In this document: piece after piece, positions 1-6,632 of the stretch
Numbering within the stretch: position 1 is the stretch's first letter
How the letters are laid out: each line of letters starts with the position of its first letter
Source of the DNA: Amoebophrya sp. A120
Taxonomy: Eukaryota > Protista > Dinoflagellata
Direction of reading: 5' to 3'
Length of the DNA stretch: 6,632 bases
Assembly: GCA_905178155.1 (NCBI GenBank)
Contig: CAJINV010000108.1
Coordinates: forward strand, 1-6,632
Made by a program: the position numbers and the translations under genes
Notes under the pieces: model-generated
Told to the model about the DNA's origin: nothing
What the model saw: the letters and a program-made list of their open reading frames with translations, nothing else
Database searches by the model: none

Positions 1-254
1 CGGGCCGGAGAGACGTCTGCTTCCTTGCAGAAGAAACGAGCAAAAACGGAAAGCGCAAAGCGCGCAAGGGGTGGCGCAGATCATAGAGCCGGCAAAACCT
101 TGCGAAACAGGAGCGGACGCGGGCGATTTCGTAGACGGCTCCGGACCGGAGAGCCGTCTGCTTCCTTTCAGAAGAAACGAGCAAAAACGGAAAGCGCAAA
201 GCGCGCAAGGGGTGGCGCAGATCATAGAGCCGGCAAAACCTGGCGAAGCAGGAG
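1..254. repeat. Tandem repeat, 141-bp unit (about 1.8 copies visible, runs off the left edge)
   Basis: CGG(G/A)CCGGAGAG at 1 and 142; CAGAAGAAACGAGC at 28 and 169, giving period 141 with few substitutions. Stops at AGGAG 250-254 where an insertion begins. Confidence 0.95.
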
Positions 255-317
255 TATTCCATGCAAAAGTATCGCACTCGTATAAATCCAGGCCTATTTT
301 GCTCCATGATAAAACTT

Positions 318-420
318 AGAAGTTGGTGGGAAGTTGTTGAGAAGTAGGTGGGGAAGTGGGTGGGGAAGTGGGTGAGAAGTCGGCGCCGAAGTTGGTGTGG
401 AAGCCGGTGAGAAGTGGCAG
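318..420 (+). repeat. Subterminal array of 9 x 11-12-bp RGAAGTYGGTG-like units
   Basis: Units start at 318, 329, 340, 352, 364, 375, 387, 399 and 410. Confidence 0.9.
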
Positions 421-891
421 GGTGTGTTGGCGTCGTCATCGCCTCGACCGAGTGGCGTGGCACGTCACTCCACCGCGGCGAGTTCTACCGCCTTCGCTGC
501 CTGCAGCTGCAGCTGCAAGGGTTGGAAGGAAAATTTGCGCAGCAGATGAATAGACAGACGGCCAGTGTCATTGTTTTCATTCATCTGCGGCGCAGTTCGA
601 CCAGTTCGCGCCACGGCATCAGGCTCAGCGAAGACTTAGAGAAGAGGAAGCAAAAGGTGCATCTGTGATGGCTGCACGCAAAGATGCAAGAACGGACGAA
701 ATAAAGCTGCGCGCGACCTTGTGGAGTCGGGGCTGCGCGCCGACCTCTGAACAACTTCTCAACAACTTCTCCAGCAATATATTACTCAAATTCATTAACT
801 TCGCCAACGCCTTTGCTTTTCTTTTGGGAAAAAATGCAGCTTTGCGTGTGACCTACACAGTTTACAGCATTTTTTCCTCCGCAGCTTCTCA

Positions 892-958
892 ACAACTTCT
901 CAACAACTTCTCGACCAACATATCCGAGATATTTGGCGAGAAGCTGTTGAGAAGTTGT
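892..958. repeat. Internal long hairpin built from GAGAAGTTGTT units
   Basis: ACAACTTCTCAACAACTTCTCGaCCAAcATATC-cga-GATATTTGGCGAGAAGCTGTTGAGAAGTTGT forms a stem of about 31 bp with one mismatch and two bulges. Further minus-strand units at about 751-771. Confidence 0.85.
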
Positions 959-1266
959 CGCGCAATTCATCCCCTCGAGAGTGCTCTGCTTTTGCCAAAA
1001 GCCCACTTTTGGAAGCGCAAAACATTTCTGCAAAAGCAGGCGCTGGAGCTCCCGCAGCGCTCACATTTGCGCGGAGGCGCGACCAAAGTATGCACAGCCA
1101 AACTGATTCGTGACCGCGCACGCGGCCACGAATCGAGATCCGGAAAACTCGCGAGACACCAGCCAAAGGCCGGTAGCTAGAGAAATTGGCGCGCCTAAAG
1201 TAAGCGGAAATCCGTACCAAGTCCCCGAACAAACCCTCCCCCCGACTCCCGCCAACTCAACAGCTG

Positions 1267-1352
1267 GGAAGTTGGTGAAAAGACTGGGGAGAAGATGGTG
1301 AGAAGTTGGTGGGAAGTTGGTTGAGACTACGTGAGAAGTCGGTGAGAAGTTG
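1267..1352 (+). repeat. Second subterminal array of about 8 RGAAGTYGGTG-like units
   Basis: Units at 1267, 1278, 1290, 1301, 1312, 1324, 1334 and about 1345, on the same strand as the left array. Confidence 0.85.
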
Positions 1353-1414
1353 CAAAAAGGTTTCATGCGTAAAAAGGTCGGATTTATACGAGTGCGATAC
1401 TTTTGCACAGGATA

Positions 1415-1592
1415 AGGAGCGGACGCGGGCGATTTCGTAGACGGCTCTCGGGCCGGAGAGACGTCTGCTTCCTTGCTTCAGAAGAAACGAGCAAAAGCGG
1501 AAAGCGCAAAGCGCGCAAGGGGTGGCGCAGATCATAGAGCCGGCAAAATCTGGCGAAACAGGAGCGGACGCGGGCGATTTCGTAGACGGCTC
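1415..1592. repeat. Continuation of the tandem repeat (145-bp unit variant), runs into the gap
   Basis: GGAGCGGACGCGGGCGATTTCGTAGACGGCTC at 1416 and 1561. The unit has +1 and +3 indels relative to the 141-bp unit. Confidence 0.95.
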
Positions 1593-2384
1593 NNNNNNNN
1601 NNNNNNNNNNNNNNNNNNNNNNNNNNNNNNNNNNNNNNNNNNNNNNNNNNNNNNNNNNNNNNNNNNNNNNNNNNNNNNNNNNNNNNNNNNNNNNNNNNNN
1701 NNNNNNNNNNNNNNNNNNNNNNNNNNNNNNNNNNNNNNNNNNNNNNNNNNNNNNNNNNNNNNNNNNNNNNNNNNNNNNNNNNNNNNNNNNNNNNNNNNNN
1801 NNNNNNNNNNNNNNNNNNNNNNNNNNNNNNNNNNNNNNNNNNNNNNNNNNNNNNNNNNNNNNNNNNNNNNNNNNNNNNNNNNNNNNNNNNNNNNNNNNNN
1901 NNNNNNNNNNNNNNNNNNNNNNNNNNNNNNNNNNNNNNNNNNNNNNNNNNNNNNNNNNNNNNNNNNNNNNNNNNNNNNNNNNNNNNNNNNNNNNNNNNNN
2001 NNNNNNNNNNNNNNNNNNNNNNNNNNNNNNNNNNNNNNNNNNNNNNNNNNNNNNNNNNNNNNNNNNNNNNNNNNNNNNNNNNNNNNNNNNNNNNNNNNNN
2101 NNNNNNNNNNNNNNNNNNNNNNNNNNNNNNNNNNNNNNNNNNNNNNNNNNNNNNNNNNNNNNNNNNNNNNNNNNNNNNNNNNNNNNNNNNNNNNNNNNNN
2201 NNNNNNNNNNNNNNNNNNNNNNNNNNNNNNNNNNNNNNNNNNNNNNNNNNNNNNNNNNNNNNNNNNNNNNNNNNNNNNNNNNNNNNNNNNNNNNNNNNNN
2301 NNNNNNNNNNNNNNNNNNNNNNNNNNNNNNNNNNNNNNNNNNNNNNNNNNNNNNNNNNNNNNNNNNNNNNNNNNNNNNNNNNNN
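1593..2384. other. Assembly gap (792 N)
   Basis: Run of N characters. Confidence 1.
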
Positions 2385-4363
2385 CGGCATCGCAACGGAT
2401 TTGGCGGCGCTGGGGACCTATCAAATGCAAATATCCCTGGATGTCTGGAAGAGTGTAGACTTGTCATGCAGCCTTTCCATGTTGACCCCTGAGGTCTGGA
2501 ATTATGCGGGACCTAGCATGACAGAGTCTACTGTGAGGTCTCTGTCATGCCTATTTTACATGGGAAACTCCCTGTCACCTTGGCCAAAAGTAGAAGAGCC
2601 TTCGGCACTCATGCAACACAGATTCTTGCGTGATGCGGATTTAGCATGACAACTTGCATCCTTCCAGCCCCAGACCTATTTGCAATGCATAGGACCAGAT
2701 GGGCGGGCTGTTCAACGCCTTCGCCAGCGCCCTGGTCCTGTATTACCGTGAAAAATGCCCCCACTCCCAAGGTTGCAAAAATTTGTGATGTGAAGTTTCC
2801 AAATGAAAACTTTTTGTCATGCATGCGCATGCATGAAAGGAGTACGAATCTTTCTGATGCAGAGTCAGACGTGTGTCGCATCGCTTGCAACTGCACAGCT
2901 TGCATGACAAGGGCCGCTCTTGCTGGGATCTTTTGCAGTACAGATTTTTGCTATTTAAGATTGGAATTCTGTGATGCTGATAGATGCAAGAGGGCGAATG
3001 TTTCACTTGGAAAGGTCTGCAATACAAATGCTCCCAAGTTGGTTCGGGGGTGGGGGCATTTTTCATTGTAATATCCTGAAAGCGCTGTTCTTCGTGGTTC
3101 CGGCCCCAGGCGGAGGGGACGAAGACACCAGCGTCCTGGCGAAAGTATCAAATGTAAAAATGTCTGGGTCTGGAAGATTCTAAACTTGTAATGCTGTCTC
3201 TGGATTCTAGAAAAATTTGTATTGCATGACCAGCAAAATAAGGACTCCAGTGTGTGCTACGTGGAGAGAGCATTATTTCTCATGTGCTAGAGGCATCACA
3301 AAGTCCTCTAACAATCTGTGATGCTACGGCATGCATCACAGACATCATGGGTCATTCAAAATATGCATGACAAACCTGGCAAACTTCCAGCCCCAGACAT
3401 TTTTGCATTCGATAGAAAGCGCTCCAAGACCACCAGCACATGGTTTCACCCACGAACGTATCAAATGTAAAAATGTCTGGGTCTGGAAGAGTCATGCTGT
3501 TTTTGCATGACACAGAAGGTCTGGCATGGAAGCTCTAGCATCACAGGTTTTGAGAACCTTCCGCAATGCCGAATCCGCATGACAAGTCCCCTATTTTGGT
3601 GGCAAAAAGTGGGAGCTTTTGCTACGTATGCATGAGAGACTTTTCTGTGTTCTGAAATACGCATTACAAGTTGCATTCTTCCAAACCCAGACATTTTTAC
3701 ATTTGATAGAACGAAAACGGCAAGAATAATATTGGCTTCTTGCTTCCGAGTATCGTACGAAAAAAGTGTTTCACTGTGATGACTTTGCAAGATCTGCATC
3801 ACAAGTTTGCTACACATGACTGAAAATTTGTGATGCGCGCTTCCCAAGGGAAAACACGCTTGCAAATCCAATGCCTTGCTGGTGTAGCAAGCCAGAGAGT
3901 TCTGTGTTCCATTTTCTGCATCACAAGTTCACAGTGAAACAGTTTTTTCTCACGATACCGAGCACCGAGAAGCTCCGAGAGGTCGCGCAGCAGCTGAAAT
4001 CGAAGCAACAAGTATCGACCTCCACGCGAAGGAGGAGTCTACAACCACTTTCGTATGCACTGCAAATATGTCTGGGTCTGGAAAGTTGGAACTTGTAATG
4101 CTAGCTTTACATTCCTGGGATGAAATCTGTATTGCATAACCGACAAATAAAGCCGCACCCATTTTTGTCATGCAAAAACGCAGTTTCTCGTGTGGGCTGC
4201 CTATGAGAAAGTGCTCCGGATGAAAGTTGTCATGCTGGTCTGCATTCGGAAGTGTTTCCATCATGCACATTTTAGCATCACAAGTTTCCAGACCCAGCTA
4301 TATTTGCAATCCATATTTCTGGGGCCACTACAACAAATCCAGTTCCTAAGGTCGTCGAGAAAG
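2385..4363 (+). CDS. Partial spliced gene or pseudogene, putative fucosyltransferase-like (GT-B) glycosyltransferase. Exons 2385-2418, 2697-2740, 3079-3145, 3420-3458, 3714-3750, 3963-4053, 4321-4363
   Basis: Removing six TIR elements plus one TSD each gives 118 stop-free codons: RHRNGFGGAGDQMGGLFNAFASALVLKALFFVVPAPGGGDEDTSVLAKALQDHQHMVSPTNENGKNNIGFLLPSTEKLREVAQQLKSKQQVSTSTRRRSLQPLSGATTTNPVPKVVEK. GGAGDQMGG..AF..AL....FFV resembles the N-terminal G-x-G-[ND]-[QR] motif of GT11/GT23/GT37/O-FucT-type enzymes. The product was recognised by eye only. Confidence 0.7.
2419..2691. mobile_element. MITE/Introner-like element, family A (273 bp, TSD GGACC)
   Basis: Left end TATCAAATGCAAATATCCCTGGATGTCTGGAAG; right end (revcomp) TATGCATTGCAAATAGGTCTGGGGCTGGAAG. 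GGACC at 2414-2418 and 2692-2696. Confidence 0.9.
2741..3073. mobile_element. MITE/Introner-like element, family B (333 bp, TSD TCCTG)
   Basis: Left TATTACCGTGAAAAATGCCCCCACTCCC; right (revcomp) TATTACAATGAAAAATGCCCCCACCCCC. TCCTG at 2736-2740 and 3074-3078. Confidence 0.93.
3146..3414. mobile_element. MITE/Introner-like element, family A (269 bp, TSD GAAAG)
   Basis: Left TATCAAATGTAAAAATGTCTGGGTCTGGAAG; right (revcomp) TATCGAATGCAAAAATGTCTGGGGCTGGAAG. GAAAG at 3141-3145 and 3415-3419. Confidence 0.95.
3459..3708. mobile_element. MITE/Introner-like element, family A (250 bp, TSD GAACG)
   Basis: Left TATCAAATGTAAAAATGTCTGGGTCTGGAAGA; right (revcomp) TATCAAATGTAAAAATGTCTGGGTTTGGAAGA. GAACG at 3454-3458 and 3709-3713. 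Confidence 0.95.
3751..3957. mobile_element. MITE/Introner-like element, family C (207 bp, TSD CCGAG)
   Basis: Left TATCGTACGAAAAAAGTGTTTCACTGTG; right (revcomp) TATCGTGAGAAAAAACTGTTTCACTGTG. CCGAG at 3746-3750 and 3958-3962. Confidence 0.93.
4054..4315. mobile_element. MITE/Introner-like element, family A (262 bp, TSD TTTCG/TTTCT)
   Basis: Left TATGCACTGCAAATATGTCTGGGTCTGGAAA; right (revcomp) TATGGATTGCAAATATAGCTGGGTCTGGAAA. TSD matches at 4 of 5 positions (4049-4053, 4316-4320). Confidence 0.88.
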
Positions 4364-4861
4364 TTACCGTGAGGAAAAATCCCTCCTCCCAATAGTGAAA
4401 ACGTATGTTCCTAAAAATTTGTGATGCTGATTTGTGAGCACAAATCCTGTCTCTCTTGCAAGAAGGCAAGTCCAAAGAATTCGCCGCCTTATGGATGCGA
4501 TTTGTAATGCTGTTTCACTTACATGGAGAGCCTCCGTCATGCTAAGTGCCTACAACAAAACACCCCTAAGTGCCTACATTTTTAAGCGCGTCGTTGTTGC
4601 TTCTTCAGAGGTGGACAAGCGGAACAAGGACGTCGAAAGGAAAAGAGGTGGATAGTACTGGTTTCAGAATGTGAATGTAGTTTCTAGTTTGATGTGGCGC
4701 TACAACCTAATAGAAGTTCTACAAGAAATAGAAACACCTACGACGCCGCGTTATTCATCTTATGTGATGTGCCTGCACCCACTACACTCGCGTAGTGTAG
4801 CCTTACCTGCTTCGGTTGTAATGCTTGACCTTCTTGATTCAACAAAATTTTGTATCTCATA
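4364..4861. mobile_element. Degenerate or chimeric element region: family-B-like left end, unmatched right end
   Basis: TTACCGTGAGGAAAAATCCCTCCTCCCAA at 4364 resembles the family B left TIR, but no matching right TIR was found. TTTTGTATCTCATA ending at 4861 (revcomp TATGAGATACAAAA) fits the shared terminal consensus. No TSD pair. Confidence 0.5.
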
Positions 4862-5483
4862 CCCTCCTTCGATATTTTCGGAAAAAGTACCAAAGCGGGC
4901 CATTACAAGTACTTTCGGGTCTTCAAGATTCCGAGCAACGGCTATCCACATTACTTAAATTTCCCGTACGCCTTCGGAGAAAGAAATGCTGTTTCTGCGT
5001 GATGACAATCCTATTCAGCATGGCAAGTGGTGGCACACAGCCCTAAGGTGGGAAGTTTGTCATGCATTTTTGTCAACGTCGACCTCGATGCGTACGGGAA
5101 ATTTGTATTGCATAACAGCAAGCCCTTGCGAATGGCGGGCCGGAATAACGACGAATTTCTCGGGAGGTGCCAGTACTGGTTTGGCCGGGACAGCGTAGAG
5201 CCAGCAGCTCCTGTGAAAGGAGGCGGCGCCGATGCCAATGTGCCGGGTACAGGAGGAACAAACGCGGTGAAAGAAGACGGTGGAAACGCGGAGGATTTGG
5301 AAGCTTGTCAGCTCTTCCATTTGCGACTCGGTGAACCACACATTGCACCGACCAATCTGGTGCGAAACTACTTCAGCGGGTTTTTTCTATGATGTTGATG
5401 AGAAAATTGAAAAAGATAAAGATGCTGAGCAGATAGTGATAGTGAGCTGCAGGCAAACAACCGAGCGTCAGAATCTCTTTTAG
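4862..5483 (+). pseudogene. Probable downstream coding segments of the same glycosyltransferase-like gene (about 4862-4942 joined to 5120-5392, frameshift near 5381-5386)
   Basis: Removing element 4943-5114 plus one TSD gives PSFDIFGKSTKAGHYKYFRVFKIPSNGKPLRMAGRNNDEFLGRCQYWFGRDSVEP...EDLEACQLFHLRLGEPHIAPTNLVRNYFSGFF. HLRLG fits the H-x-R-x-G GDP-fucose-binding motif. One fewer T at 5381-5386 continues into YDVDEKIEKDKDAEQIVIVSCRQ. The frame of 4862-4942 is less certain. Confidence 0.55.
4943..5114. mobile_element. MITE/Introner-like element, family D (172 bp, TSD ACGGC/ACAGC)
   Basis: Inverted core AAATTTCCCGTACGC at about 4957-4971 and 5090-5104. Termini TAT 4943 and ATA 5114. TSD matches at 4 of 5 positions (4938-4942, 5115-5119). 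Confidence 0.8.
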
Positions 5484-5760
5484 TTTCAGCAATAAGCTGC
5501 TCCACGTCGTGGTCGTGAGAAAACCTACGAGGTAGGACGAGTCGCTACTGTTGAAAATGGCTTGTTGACACCTACTTCATCACAGGCGCCTGCTGAACAA
5601 GTATGCTGAGCGTGGAGATGAATGCGTCGTGTTCATCGTTATGTTCTGATGTTGTTCTTCTTCTTACTCTTAGCTTGCGCGATATCTGGCTGTTCGTTGT
5701 CCTCGTGTGTCGTACACTACGTCCGAAGAACTGCGGTGTTGATAAAATGGCAGATGGTAG

Positions 5761-6629
5761 GACACTGCCACTGTACTAAAAGACAAAGAGGATACCAAGG
5801 AGAACGATGATGCTGCTTCTTCAGAGGTGGACAAGCGGAACAAGGACGTCGAACGGAAAAAACATAGGCGGCATCGCAACGGATTTGGCGGCGCTGGGGA
5901 CCTATCAAATGCAAATATCCCTGGATGTCTGGAAGAGTGTAGACTTGTCATGCAGCCTTTCCATGTTGACCCCTGAGGTCTGGAATTATGCGGGACCTAG
6001 CATGACAGAGTCTACTGTGAGGTCTCTGTCATGCCTATTTTACATGGGAAACTCCCTGTCACCTTGGCCAAAAGTAGAAGAGCCTTCGGCACTCATGCAA
6101 CACAGATTCTTGCGTGATGCGGATTTAGCATGACAACTTGCATCCTTCCAGCCCCAGACCTATTTGCAATGCATAGGACCAGATGGGCGGGCTGTTCAAC
6201 GCCTTCGCCAGCGCCCTGGTCCTGTATTACCGTGAAAAATGCCCCCACTCCCAAGGTTGCAAAAATTTGTGATGTGAAGTTTCCAAATGAAAACTTTTTG
6301 TCATGCATGCGCATGCATGAAAGGAGTACGAATCTTTCTGATGCAGAGTCAGACGTGTGTCGCATCGCTTGCAACTGCACAGCTTGCATGACAAGGGCCG
6401 CTCTTGCTGGGATCTTTTGCAGTACAGATTTTTGCTATTTAAGATTGGAATTCTGTGATGCTGATAGATGCAAGAGGGCGAATGTTTCACTTGGAAAGGT
6501 CTGCAATACAAATGCTCCCAAGTTGGTTCGGGGGTGGGGGCATTTTTCATTGTAATATCCTGAAAGCGCTGTTCTTCGTGGTTCCGGCCCCAGGCGGAGG
6601 GGACGAAGACACCAGCGTCCTGGCGAAAG
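5761..6629 (+). CDS. Second copy of the spliced gene, partial. Exons about 5761-5902, 6181-6224, 6563-6629
   Basis: DTATVLKDKEDTKENDDAASSEVDKRNKDVERKKHRRHRNGFGGAGDQMGGLFNAFASALVLKALFFVVPAPGGGDEDTSVLAK. The frame opens just after TAG 5758-5760, a possible acceptor. No start codon identified. Confidence 0.6.
5903..6175. mobile_element. Family A element, duplicate of 2419-2691
   Basis: Same sequence; TSD GGACC at 5898-5902 and 6176-6180. Confidence 0.9.
6225..6557. mobile_element. Family B element, duplicate of 2741-3073
   Basis: Same sequence; TSD TCCTG at 6220-6224 and 6558-6562. Confidence 0.93.
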
Positions 6630-6632
6630 TAT

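Larger units (their letters stand above)
255..1414. mobile_element. 1160-bp non-autonomous TIR element (TAT...ATA termini, 5-bp TSD AGGAG)
   Basis: Perfect 28-bp inverted repeat TGCAAAAGTATCGCACTCGTATAAATCC (262-289 vs 1380-1407), extending imperfectly out to TAT 255 and ATA 1414. AGGAG at 250-254 and 1415-1419. Uninterrupted repeat units (GAAACAGGAGCGGACG, 104-119) carry a single AGGAG, which is the empty site. No transposase-like ORF seen. Confidence 0.93.
2385..3148 (+). repeat. Direct repeat copy 1 (764 bp visible), apparently identical to 5869-6632
   Basis: Offset 3484 bp. The ORF translations at 2646/6130, 2609/6093 and 2743/6227 are identical. Limits are set by the gap and the window edge. 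Confidence 0.97.
5869..6632 (+). repeat. Direct repeat copy 2 of 2385-3148
   Basis: No differences seen by eye over 764 bp. Confidence 0.97.

Noticed and set aside
318-420. Telomeric repeat
   Set aside because: Units are degenerate 11-12-mers confined within a TIR element, not TTAGGG or TTTAGGG arrays.
665-1180. 171-aa ORF as a transposase
   Set aside because: It is partly built from the short repeat (QLLNNFS twice), has no recognisable DDE or DNA-binding motif, and is too short.
255-1414. Tc1/mariner-type TA target duplication
   Set aside because: The empty site in the tandem repeat has no TA; the duplicated sequence is AGGAG.
1257-2649. Long 311-377 aa ORFs
   Set aside because: Artefacts of translating through the N gap.
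2419-4315. CRISPR-like array (recurrent ~50-bp repeat with unique spacers)
   Set aside because: The repeats alternate in orientation, are spaced irregularly and pair up as TIRs with TSDs. No cas genes are present.
2609-4475. Cys/Met/His-rich short ORFs on both strands
   Set aside because: They cross element boundaries and their composition follows from the GCATNACA motif.
4782-4800. Hairpin CTACACT-cgcgt-AGTGTAG as a terminator or Helitron end
   Set aside because: A 7-bp stem with no U-tract and no CTRR end nearby is compatible with chance.
2385-6632. LTR retrotransposon with 764-bp LTRs
   Set aside because: The repeat limits are set by the gap and window edge. No TG..CA ends, PBS/PPT or gag/pol sequence is seen between the copies.

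Overview
Eukaryotic-looking genomic scaffold with a 792-N gap (1593-2384). Almost none of the supplied ORFs look real. The window is dominated by short non-autonomous DNA-transposon-like elements with TAT...ATA termini, terminal inverted repeats (TIRs) and 5-bp target-site duplications (TSDs). Left of the gap, a 1160-bp element (255-1414, TSD AGGAG) interrupts a 141-145-bp tandem repeat. Right of the gap, seven intact 172-333-bp elements from four TIR families are separated by short spacers. Removing each element plus one TSD copy rejoins the spacers into an open reading frame (118 codons across six junctions) with fucosyltransferase-like motifs (GGAGDQMGG..AF..AL; a later segment has HLRLG). 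The elements therefore look like transposon-derived, mostly non-canonical introns (Introner-like), resembling those reported in the dinoflagellate Amoebophrya. The organism and the splicing are both inferences. The locus repeats at a 3484-bp offset (2385-3148 = 5869-6632) and shows signs of rearrangement and a frameshift, so this copy may be a pseudogene or partly misassembled.
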